A DNA stretch of 55,480 nt, filler included, from Platydemus manokwari (Eukaryota), in the NCBI GenBank assembly GCA_037951405.1. It is 5 parts of 5 records of this genome, joined end to end, with 100 filler letters (N's around TTAATTAATTAA, not from the genome) between each part and the next. Parts side by side here need not be neighbours in the genome. Positions count along the whole stretch, not along the records: positions 36,675 to 46,253 come from JBBMOY011229876.1; positions 46,354 to 55,480 come from JBBMOY011295539.1; 3 more parts are not named here. The stretch is one strand, 5' to 3'. Under the pieces are notes generated by a model. That model saw only the letters and a list, made by a program, of their open reading frames with translations. It was not told the origin of the DNA and ran no database searches. Position numbers and translations under genes: made by a program. Shown one piece after another: positions 38,423-50,350 of the stretch (positions within the stretch are counted from its first letter, which is position 1; the number at the start of each line of letters is the position of its first letter).

Positions 38423-41140
38423 AGAACTTCGATTACTTGTAATAGAAATTGTTCTGAACACTGACATGTCTCTTCACTTTCAACAATTGAAAAATATGAA
38501 GACGTTATTGGCAGTACCGGAAAAGTATGTTATTCTTATCCGATATTATAAGGCATTTATATCTCAATATATGATGTAAACACAATGAAATTATTAAATT
38601 TGATTTGGTAAAAGTTCAAATAGTTTGATATGACAGTCTGATTTATTATTAAGATTCTTCTGAAATAGATAAAATTCGTACTCAGTTATTTATAAGTAAA
38701 ACAAATTTAAATCTGACTTTTTAAAAATAAGTTTATGTGGAAATAATATTTTTTAATTTTAATAATAACTATCTTTCATTCAAATAAATACTTATTTTAC
38801 AAAAATTCAATTTTTCATTAAATGCTTGATAATTTCGAAAATATTTTCCTTTATATTCATTTATAGTCATTAAATTTTAATATGTTTAATTGAATTACCG
38901 ATTTTTGAAAATCACGAAATAATTCTTATCACTAAATTAGTCTCCCAAAACTATCTGATGAGTATAAATTTAAAATCACTTAAATTTTATTGATAAAGTG
39001 AAGTATGATAAAAAATAAATTTAGCACTTTTGTGGATTATAGTTTACATTGGTTTTATTCAAAGCGTGGAGAAATTAAAAGCCTTCTCTCTATTGGTTCA
39101 CTGTGCTGATATTTCTCATCCAACAAAGGATTGGAGACTTCATGAAAAATGGACTAATTTATTAGTCGAAGAATTCTTTAGACAAGTAAGTGTTATAATA
39201 GCTAGTTTATTGATTAAGTATTATAAAGGGAGACAGAGAAAAAGATATGGGTCTTCCTTGTTCTCCATTATGTGATAGAAACACAACTGTGGTCGCCCAA
39301 TCACAAATAGGTTAATATCTAATAGATTATTATGTAATAAATACTCCTACAGGTTTTATTGACTTCATTGTCGAACCAAGCTTCATATTATTGGGTGACA
39401 TGTTAGACCGAATGCTACAAATGGCTAAAAATAATGCAGAGTCAATCAACGATGGTTTGTATCTTAACTTCTTTTCGTCAAGATATTTTTTTATTTAAAT
39501 AATAATTTTGGAATAAATACTTATCAAAATAACTAGGTAACAGCTTTATTTTTAATATTGGAAATAAATGAACTAAATTTAATGCTAATAAGAAACAACT
39601 GATCCTTAATAATTAAGTTTTCAAGTTATGGATAAACTGTATAATTGTAATGATCGAAAATGTTCTGATTTCTAAATTAATAATAATCATTAAATACTTC
39701 TGGATGAAATCTCAAATGAATGATTGGCTCAAGAAATTTAAAATAATTAGGATATTTGGATGATTTTTTCAAAGATTAAGAAAGACTATATTTTAAGTAT
39801 TATAAGAAGGGCTATAATTTTTCGATTCGGACTTATGCGAACTCAGAAAAATTATCGGTACCAAAAGGTTGACGATATATTCAAAGCTTTACGAAGATCA
39901 AGAAAATACCAATACTCCTCTAACAGTGTTTCATGCACTATTATCAAATCTATTGGCTACAACATATCAGAAGCGTCAAATAAGATGACTCTTTTATTAG
40001 GCCGAAATGATGAAAATGATGTTCGGTGATGGTCTGTTATGTAAAAATGTTTATACTTTGTCGAATTACAAACAAACACGTTTACAAAATGGTTTTCTCT
40101 CAAAATTCTTTGTTCTATATCGTCTCAACAAGATAGTAGAGATCATTGCAAAGAAGATTATCATCATTGTCTACTGTCCGACGAAGAAAAAGCACCAATT
40201 TAGCAATTCAAAACTCCGATATGTTATATAAATTGTCTATGAAGTGCATCAACAACTTCCCCTTACAGACGTCAAATTCACAATGGACGATTGTCAGTTA
40301 AAATTTCCAAAAGTATGATGAATTCAAGAAATTTATAAAGAAATCTATAAAGCTTCTTACCCTTAATCGATGTGCACGTAGCAGTGATGACCTAAGACTT
40401 TCTGTCTAGTGGAAAGATAAGTGAATGAAAAATTGAACTTGATTGAAATGGCTGGAAAACCAATTGATGTTTTGAATTAAATTTCTAATGGCATTTCCAA
40501 AATTCATATTCCGATTGAAAGTTCTCGAATTGAAATTTTTTCTGGCTGAAATGTTAAGGTGTAGTTTTTTTCAGTCGGGTTAAGTAAACAGTAATAATAC
40601 AGTTGTAATTAATTTTCGAAATTCTCGAAGAAATCGAAGAAGTATCAAAATTTGCGGTTTGAGAATGTTGGTTAATAAAGAGCTAATTAAGATTCACAAA
40701 GATGAAACACTTATCAAATTTTTAGTTTTTAAGTCTACATCATCTATTATTCGAGTTACTTGGAAATCAAAGCCAAAAAGAGTCAAATATTTAAAGAGAA
40801 GCTTAATTCGAATTTAATGAGGAAAGTTAGAAATTTTATTTGTTTATATGAATAAATATTTGGAGATATTTGAAATTTGGATAGGTTGATTAAAAATATG
40901 ATTGTAGTTTCTGAATGTAGTTTGTATAAATAGTTCTAATAAAGTCTTAAAAATATGATTTGTAAATTTATCATTAATCTTCTAAAACAAATCAGCTAGT
41001 TAACAAATGTTTTTGTGGAAAATTAAAGTAAAATTTATTCTTTACTTGTGTTTTATTTAGATAAAGTGCTACGACCTTGGACTCAATATATAAGTGATAA
41101 TAAAGAAGCCTGGAAATCAAGAACATTGAAGAAAGATTGA
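38423..41140 (+). CDS. PDE1: Ca2+/calmodulin-dependent cyclic-nucleotide phosphodiesterase 1-like, last five exons (38423-38524, 39065-39185, 39229-39310, 39353-39454, 41061-41140)
   Basis: GT-AG splicing in consistent phase gives ELRLLVIEIVLNTDMSLHFQQLKNMK...LLVHCADISHPTKDWRLHEKWTNLLVEEFFRQ/GDREKDMGLPCSPLCDRNTTVVAQSQI/GFIDFIVEPSF.../DKVLRPWTQYISDNKEAWK...*. This is the PDEase catalytic C-terminus with PDE1-type DISHP and RPW...NK..WK. Confidence 0.92.
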
Positions 41141-42299
41141 AAGTTCCATTAAAATGAATTCATGCATATATCCTTATTTTCATTATAAAGAATTTTTATA
41201 AACAAAAAAATCATATGCATAAGTTATTATATATACATTTGGTTTTATACAAATATATTTAAATATTTTTATTATTATAAATTAAGTTCGATTCTAAATA
41301 CCACCAATGACTTCTGTTTTCTAATTATTATGAAATTTTATGAAGATTCTCTTAATGAGACCATTAATAAACTTAATTGATAGTATTATTTTATTTTTGA
41401 GAAAATTTATCCCGTGGTTTTACATTTAACGCCCAAACTGCTTAATATTGTATTTTCAAAACTTGTTCAAATTTGATTTTTATTTGTAATCGTTAATTTT
41501 TATATTTATCGAAATTCAGCTGAAGCTATGTTTAATATTTAGAAAGAATTATGTTTATGAATGACTAAAATATAATAACTTACAAAGTGTTTTAATGTCT
41601 AACTTTGTTCTGAGATTGTTTTTATTTCAAAATTACAAAATTTTCTTTTGTTAGAATGGGGTTAAATAATGAAAATAATTCGTAACGTGGTACTTCACAA
41701 AAAATTTTAAAGTGTTTCATAAATTAAATTGTGTTAACCTGCAAATCGAAGATTTTAAATTAAAAATTTAAACATAACTGTAACTATGTCATTGAGTTTT
41801 CATTTTATTAAAATTGAATATATTGTTGCCATAAAACAAGGGTTGCAAAACCGAATGCAAAAATAGTCCAAACAATTAAGTGTATATGCTATATTCAATG
41901 TTATTATACAATCACTTCGAGATTCAAGTCAAGTAATTTTAAAGTTATGTTGTTTTTGAGATAAATTTTGAGTAGGAATAGTGCAAACAAATATTTCCAA
42001 TTCTAGTACATATCTGAATATCACTCAGTTCGAACTCAGTGAAAAGCAAGTTATAAAAATCTAGCAAAGAACAAACTAAAAAATAGTTTTTAATTTTTCT
42101 CGATCTAAATACTGTATTGATTTCTGAAGTCCATTTGATGTAGAAAAGAAATATCGGGAATTAGTCATTGATAATATTGACAGTAGTCATTATTTATCAT
42201 TTAACTTTTACTGAAACTATTGATATTGGAAATAGTTTTAATCGTAAATAATTAACCCTAGATATAATGAACCAATTTCTTTCATAATTTCCTTGGGAT

Positions 42300-42900
42300 A
42301 ATTGATGGCAGAACATAATCAGTTGTTACACCTCACTTTCTAATCAATTGAAATTATTGTTCCTTACAAATAATTGGGTTTAATAAAAAATAAATTGATT
42401 TCATGTTTTTGATCAATTATTTTAGATTTATGATTGAGTTATAATAATAGCCATCTAAACCTGAATTGATTATTTTTATTTTGCTTTTTCCATAGTTTTA
42501 AAACTACAAGTTTTATTATAATCATAACCTTGAACTTTTTTTGTCCATTTCAAACTCTTCATAAAATGAATCTTGAAACTGAAACTCATACAAATCCTCA
42601 ACTACAATGTTTATAACCGTTTCACAGAATTTCTGTTTAATGTTTTCTGATAAAAATTCTTCATAGATTCTTACCAAATTATACAAACATTGATTTTCTG
42701 TATAAATGTAGATTTGCAATATATTTCTTCCTTGCCATACTTTCTAAAATATTGTTGGTACTGCAAATTCCAAACATTAAAAATCTATCAAGTTCTTTCT
42801 CTTTTTGAGCTTTTTCATTAGTAACAAAACCTTCATATAGATCATATGCACCTATATAATTGTCACTACATTTTATCATTTATCATACTTAGAAGAAAAT
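42300..42900 (-). pseudogene. Frameshifted coding-like remnant, possibly RAD51-paralog-like
   Basis: Overlapping ORFs 42679-42879 and 42522-42719 give GAYDLYE...KELDRFLMFGI, IYIYTEN and IVVEDLYEFQ. No intact Walker A. Confidence 0.25.
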
Positions 42901-43844
42901 TTTATCATTGATTGATTTACAACCATTCACTATGATATTTGACTCCAACATAAATCGATCTAACTTATCATTTCCTGAATCTATTTTTTCGTAATATTTT
43001 CTAATTTCTTTTACATTATGTTCAATCTGTCTAAATTTCTGAAGAGTTTAAAATACTTTCAGATGAAGGGCATATAGTTTCATGAGATAAATAAAATCAT
43101 AATTTTCTATAAAATATTTAAATATTGAGAATTTCTAAAAATCTTAAAATTATTAAATATAATTTTTGGGCTTGGAATTTGATTACCACTAGTCCTAGAG
43201 GGCTTCGGTAATCCATACGATGATGTAACTATGGGTAAAACTGAAACTATCTAAAGTTAGCTATATGACGTAAATGGATTTCTTAAACGAGAATTTAATT
43301 CTAGCTTAAGTAAGGTTTAAAGTCGTTTTACTAAACCAAAATATAATTTATTACTCGATGTCTTTAATATATCTCACATGTCACAGTGTTGATTAAAATT
43401 CACTACGAAATTACTAAGATTTATTTTGAAAAAACAGAAAAATTGAAATAAGAATTATCGAAATGTATGACTCACTATGCAAGAAGACAGCCCTGAGATA
43501 TCCATAGGAAAGATACCGAAAAATCTCAAAAAGACTTTAAATTTAAAATTTTAATTATTCAAATAATATAGAGTTATTATCATTAACTTGAAAGTGCACT
43601 GAAAAAATTAAATGTCACGAAAATGTGTAATTAATGTTTGTGATGAATGTTAAATTTGTTGTTTAAACCAACTCAACACCGTGAGTTCCTTTACGTTTGT
43701 ATTATATCAAAAACACTCAAAATTGATAACAAACTTTATTAAAATTAAAAATAATATACAAGCAAATTAATTGGTTCACTCCGTTCAACTCACACAAAAG
43801 AAATTTATTATAAAACAAATGGGTAAGGTTATCTCACAGAGATC

Positions 43845-44330
43845 GTGAGAACCTAAGTTTAGACCTTAATAGTTTATTATATAGTTTAGAATATGTGTAT
43901 GACTCCAAAGGGATATCCTTTAGAGTGTGGGTTTTATTCTTTATTTATTTTTTTACCAAAAAAATATTATATTATTCTCGATCCTTTACCTTTTAAGCTT
44001 TGCTCTGGTTTTTCAATTCAAATATCGTTTCAGTTTAGTTACTACTGTGTCGTATTTTATTGAGAGTGAATTGTGATGGAAATCCCTCAGCTTATATAGA
44101 TGCTGAGATTCGGTACTTTGTACCTAGAAATTCCATCACTCTTATAACTTTTAAACAATTTTTCACTTTGGATCTTTAATGTTTACCATTATAAAAGTTC
44201 TAAACCTTAAAAATTCTCGATAATTTACCTAATCTTATAAATTTTATTATTATATTTATGACATTATAAATTAATTATTATTAAATTTCTGACATTATAA
44301 ATTAAATATCTTATTTCTTTTTCCACCTTT
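43845..44330 (-). mobile_element. Candidate 3' LTR with polypurine tract
   Basis: Minus strand has a purine run AAAAGGTGGAAAAAGAA (~44315-44331), a short direct repeat, a TATATAA box, AATAAA signals and an end TTCTCAC like the other LTR ends here. Termini are imperfect. Confidence 0.4.
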
Positions 44331-44559
44331 TGATTTATAAATAATAATATATATTAATTTATTCATAAATAATTTGCAATTCATAATCAAAATAGTTACA
44401 AAAATCCTCGAAATATCAAAATCAAGATAATTACAAAAATATTCAAGATTAAAATATCAATATCGTCTATCAATTAAAAATATTCACGATCAAATATCAA
44501 TAGAATATCAGTTCAAGATTAGGATGAAGTCAAAATTAGGATTTCAATATCAAGTCACG

Positions 44560-44942
44560 AATGAGTCATTATTGGATTGATCACTGGATGGTTTGATTTT
44601 GCAGTTCCGCCGAATCATTGCTGACATCAGGCGTCTTAATCTACGCTCCAGATTTGGGTAGCCCATGTTTCCCATTTTGGGCTCGATTTTATGGGTTTTA
44701 TCACTATTGTCTCAGGTTTCTTACCTATTGGTGTACCGGGTCTTTGGGGGTGTTCTTGGTTTTTTGAACACATAACTGCTCGTTGATGGTTGTGGGTTTT
44801 TCGGTGGTTGTTGTTGTGGTGGTAATTGCGGTTTCTCGGACAGCTGCTGTTGCTGTCTCCATTCATTGTAGGACTTAATGGTATATGGGGTTTTTTCGTC
44901 TTCGCTCTCTTCACTATCTGAATAGAGCACTAGACGTTTCAT
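44560..44942 (-). pseudogene. Disrupted low-complexity (acidic then Q/P-rich) ORF, probably TE-associated
   Basis: MKRLVLYSDSEESEDEK...QQQQLSEKPQLPPQQQPP..., continuing after a stop or frameshift. Confidence 0.35.
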
Positions 44943-46253
44943 ACTATCCCAACAAAGACTACCTTACAATTCAAGAGCAAAAGACGGTTAATACATCCAG
45001 CTCTAGGAATAAAACCAAGTTACCTTTCTTCAGAGCTTTTTTGAACAAAGCTCTATAATAAGAAATATAACGATACGGTATATAATATGAATCAGTATTT
45101 TACAGGTATGGTCTTACTTTGGGTCTTCCAATAAAATACCAGGCATATAATGATTATTATAAAAATCAATATTTCAAACTGATCTTCTCAAAATATAAAA
45201 ATAAACATTGATTAAAAGAAAAATTAAAACACATTATATACGTACTGTCATGCAAATGTATACACATATTTTTCAACGTGAATTGATTATTGTAAATAAC
45301 TTGCTGTGCCAGAACCCCAGCACATAAACTAGAAACAAATGATCAAGTGAAACAAATCCAGATATTACAAGCCTTTACTGATCATAAGTGAACAATAGTA
45401 AGAATGAATATTCAAGACTACGAATTTGTAGATCTCGAAACATTCGTTGTCAAAATAGAAATTGAGAATAAAGAATCACAGCCAAAGAGAAGTGAAACCT
45501 AACAGTATCGACTTTAACTATATAGCGAAATAAACCTGGACTAACTCTGTTTATATTTTAGTAATCAAGTCAACTTGCCGGACAACCTGAAATTCCAAGG
45601 GACAAGATACCAAAGAAAAAACAATCGTAAACATTACCAGTAAATAGTCAACTCACCTGACTCAAGTATTTAATAACTTGGTGCATGCTGACCAAGCAAA
45701 GAAATGTATCTACATACACGATCGCTTCAATTTCAATAATTCTTCCAGGCCTAGAATAAATTTTCTTTCTTCCTAGGTATCATGCATTAGAGATGTGCAA
45801 CTGCGACAACAGAGTATTGAACATAAAAATAGTATCCACAACATTACTAGCCACATCAATATTAAAATCTGGTCGAGATATTATCCCAATGTACGAAAAT
45901 TATCAGAATCTAAATTTAGATTACTTATACCTAGATACCAAGGAGGATCGAATGAAGTATAAGAATCTATTCGAATCCTTACTACAAGAATCGTCTAAAC
46001 AAACCGTGCGATTTACAAGTCTTAGTCTCTAAAACTAAAATAAAACAACAGTAAGAACAAAATAAATGTATTAAGTTACTTTAATGAAATTAGTTACCTT
46101 ATTTATGAAATTTTACAAGCATTTTTAAGAAACTTTATTTATTTTTTTTAGTAATTAACGATCCTCGGTTATATAATTATAAAGTTCAATTCTAAAATCA
46201 TATTAGTATAGTGCTATATTGATATTTGTGTAACATCAAAATTTAGATTTGAT

Positions 46254-46353
46254 NNNNNNNNNNNNNNNNNNNNNNNNNNNNNNNNNNNNNNNNNNNNTTA
46301 ATTAATTAANNNNNNNNNNNNNNNNNNNNNNNNNNNNNNNNNNNNNNNNNNNN
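46254..46353. other. Artificial contig spacer
   Basis: N44-TTAATTAATTAA-N44. Confidence 0.98.
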
Positions 46354-46748
46354 CCAATATAACGTGTATTAATCAATACACAACCACAAAGTCTTCACTT
46401 AAATCTGGCTTTCAACTGGCAGTTGTCCATCTTTACATCGATTTTTATATTCACGATCCGTATGTATTTTTGTGCCATTTTGCATCACATTTTGATTTGA
46501 TATTTGTTTTTCTGTGTTCTTATTGGGTTTTTAAGTTTTTTCATGAGTGACATTGGTAATCCCCATGTGTCTGTTGTTGTGTAGCTATGTCCCTTTTTCC
46601 TATTGTAGTTCATCATCTAACTTCACTATGATTGGTTGATCGCTATACCTGCATAGCTGTGTATGTTGCAAATGTTTAAAGTGCCAAAACAAGGGTTACA
46701 AGATGCAATTTTGTTTTTCTTTTTGCAGAATTTCATCTCACTTAACTA
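46354..46748 (-). repeat. Dispersed LTR-like repeat, family B copy 3 (truncated by contig start)
   Basis: Shares CATCTTTACATCG, TTTTGCATCACATTTT, GTCCCTTTT and AAACAAG blocks with 19600-20003. Confidence 0.7.
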
Positions 46749-47081
46749 TATATATGTGTGTGTATTGCTTTTAGATTTTAATTTATTTTTGTAATTGTCT
46801 AAAGTTTTTCACAAAAAAACATTCACTGGTTTGCTTGTTGATCATTATAACATAAAAAATTGTCAGTTTAAAGATCCAAGAAAGAAAAGTTTTTATTATT
46901 TCAATGTTATTACATTTTATACCGATTGTATGCATAGTATAAGTTTACTTTATAAAGTATAATTTTTATAACGGACTTATAAATTAATGTCATTATTTTC
47001 GCATTCTTCATATTTGATTAACACTTAGATCAGAAGAAGAATTTTGTTTAAATTATTTTTATTCTTTTATTTTATATTTAG

Positions 47082-47721
47082 AATACCTTTTAATTATGCT
47101 TTGAATGAAGAAAACAAGAAGTTATATTTGAAAGAACTCTATTGGTCGATTTTTCTTATTTTAATCTTATTATTGGAATTTTTCGCATTGATTTCCCTGA
47201 TTTTAATCAAGTTCAAATGGGAATATGCTATTTACGAAATCATTGTGGCTCAGTTGATATTGTTCGTATTATCAGTGGTTTTATACCAGAGATCAGATAT
47301 CGTCAGTAATTTCTTTGAAATATCCTTTCTGATCTCAGATGGACGATATATAAAAATTTTGGGAAAAACTAATATTTCTGGTCTTGTGGTGATCAACGTT
47401 GTTGTTCCGTTTGTTGTCGCCTGTTTGGGATTGATTGAAAATTCTAATAAGTGGTTTTTGAAATATCTTGATATTTATAATCTTTTATTTCTCGAGGTTG
47501 GATGCCAGAATTTGTTTTCCTTATTTATTATGATATTGTTTGCTATTCGATGTAATAAACTGAAATATCTAGCATTTTATACTGAGGTGAGTATATTTAT
47601 TTTAATTTATTTTTTTGTTGAAATGGAACTTATCACTATAGCAACGATATGTCTACTTTTTATATTATTAATTTCCATGTTTATAATTAAAATTATACAT
47701 CGACATAGATTTATCTATTGA
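47082..47721 (+). CDS. Uncharacterised multi-pass membrane protein (probable terminal exon)
   Basis: 225-codon stop-free frame in very AT-rich DNA with about six hydrophobic segments. A pyrimidine tract plus TTTAG acceptor ends at 47081. No family recognised. Confidence 0.5.
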
Positions 47722-48699
47722 ATTTTATCATTGAAATCAAATGCAAATCTATAATTTTCTGCAAACAATAATTTTGAATGCCTTTTCCTTAAAAATGTTT
47801 TACACACACAACACAGTGTTGTTTCTGTTTTATTTATTTAAATATTTATTTTTATCAGATCTGCTTATTCACATATTCTCTAAAACATTTGCTGAAACTC
47901 GTGCGATCACCTTGAACATAATATTTTTATTTATATAAATATATGCCAAAATCACTTCATAAACAAAAACATGTTTGTTTAAATGATTATAACTCGGCTG
48001 ATATAAAGTGTGTGTATGTGTGTGATACAAGTTATCGTCTCAAATATTTTTCCTTCGGTTGTTATATTTTAGGATTTGATTTATTAAGTTTATAAAATTG
48101 ACTTCAACAAGTTAATTATTTTTGCTTTTGAATTTAAAATTAAGAAATTTTATTTAAGTTTCGTCAGTAATTTCAATGACATTGTTAAATGAGGTTTATC
48201 AATACTTTATCAAGTGGATTTATATAGCTCGATTAAAAGAAGTAATGAACTGATCGATATAAATTATACATGCGCTCCGGGCAATAAACTTATCGCCATT
48301 TATTATATAGTTTTGTTTTTCTGGTTAATTATTTGATTAAAGGAGTTCAATTTGTAAAATTTCAATTAGCAGACATAATATTTCGGATATCGCTTTTATT
48401 TTACTTTAGCATTTATCGCGACCAGAGGATATTCACATTTGGCTACTCCAATCATATAAAATTGAGTTTTTTTTAACATCATGTAAGGTCTTATAATTCG
48501 TATTTAGAATTTAAAAACATTTTATTTGTGACGATAGCTTTTTAAGTGATTTACGTCAAAAAATTATCCCATGATACTGTTATGACAATGGTTCAAGGTG
48601 ATTGTGTGGTAAATGTGATATTATCGATTTTATATTATTATCGGTTTATGATATTTGAACCTGTTTTGTGAATTGATACAATTAACTAATATTATTTTG

Positions 48700-50350
48700 A
48701 TATTAATTCTCTAGAAAGAAATCCAGAACTTTGAAACTCCTAGGGAATTCGATTATGAATTCAAAGATCAGATCATTGCTATTAATGAAAATACGAAGAA
48801 ACCATATTTTTCAAATAACAATTATCAGATTCTATCCAAAAGAAACTTTTTAATTGTTTATCTGAAACGAAGGCATCAAAAATTGCTGACCTATCTTAAA
48901 TATCGAGATGTGTCTCTAAATTAAATTTATAAACATATTTTTTTATACCAAAATGTATTTAATGACTTACGGTTTTTAATATTTTTAACTATTAAATTGT
49001 AGATAACGTTTATAAGTTACATCTGTTAGATTAGTTGGAAACGTTCGAAAAATAATTTAATACTGTCTAATATTCAAACAAAATTTATCTGCGACTTCAA
49101 TAATCATCATCTTTTGAAATTACAAAAAATCCTTTTATATGAATTCATAGATGATTAATTTTCCTTTTAATTGACTGAATTAAGATTTTAGAGATCTGAA
49201 AATATTTGAAATTGGAATAGTTACACAATTTTTTATCAATAAGTGTTGTTGTTTAAATATTGTGTATGCTGGTATGTTAATAATTAAATAAATTGCAAAA
49301 CAACTTCGGACTTTGATCTTACTTTTCACTACACTGTAATCAACGCTCTGATACGAATTTAGTTTCAGAGAAGCCGTATTGAATTAATATATACCATGAA
49401 CAAAGATCGTGTTCATCAGGACACGAAACTTATATGTAATTCATCAAAGATTTGCCAAGAGGTACTATAAAAATTAATTTTGTGTTAGCAATTTATGTCG
49501 GAGGTGTTAAACGAAAAATTAATTTAGAAGAGATCAGAAGATTATATTTATTCTTCAAGGCCTAAATAGCAACAAATTGAAAGAGTTATATATCACTCTA
49601 TGTCAGATGATCAGAGATGAAGGCTTGTTATTTTCAGTTAACGTCTACCATGCCAATAAACACAGTTACGACGACCTGTACCGAGATAGTACATGAAAAT
49701 ATCTTAAAAAATCATTTCTAAATTAGATCTTTCAACGATACACCCCTACAAGAATGCAAAAGAGAAGATTTTATAATATTCACTATCATCGCAAATAATC
49801 ACTTTCCAATTTAGGACAATACTAGCTGTTTGAAGAACTCGTAGAGTTCTATTTGCAGAAATTAACAAAATATATTCACAAGAAATTGTAATGTTTTCAA
49901 TAAGAAGTTGATCGATAGATTACATTCAAATATATCACGTAAAATTTTGAATAAAGTTCAGAAATGTGATATCTGTATAAACTGAAGGTGTACACTTGGT
50001 CTAACTTATGAAACTATGATTCTGTGGGAATATTTTTACTCTTTCGAACACTTTATTGTGTGTGTGAGAGTTTATGAGTAAAACCACATATCTGTTAATT
50101 ATTGTGGATAAATTCAACGTGCTCATAAGCTTAGTACCACGCTATGACAAAACGAGACCAGTGTTTAAAATTTTATCCACAATGAGCGGATTTATAAATA
50201 TGGTGTCCTGAAATCAATAGTTACTGTTCGGTTAAAATTTTTCAAAAATTTTTTACAAAAATGGCTCTATATTTTGGAATAAAATAAGAATTCATTTATC
50301 TCTACCAACACCAGTCAAATGATCCTAATGAATCATGTAGTTTGACTTTA
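48700..50350 (+). mobile_element. Highly decayed Ty3/Gypsy pol (RT-RNaseH-integrase order)
   Basis: Fragments FIDD (~49145, RT YxDD), VQKCDIC (integrase zinc finger), LIIVDKF, YKYGVLKSIVT and GIK*EFIYLYQHQSND (integrase core) occur in Gypsy order. Confidence 0.7.

Noticed and set aside
39760-40600. Tc1-like transposase remnant in the PDE1 intron (SVMV, FTMDD)
   Set aside because: No TIRs and no convincing SPDLNPIE motif.
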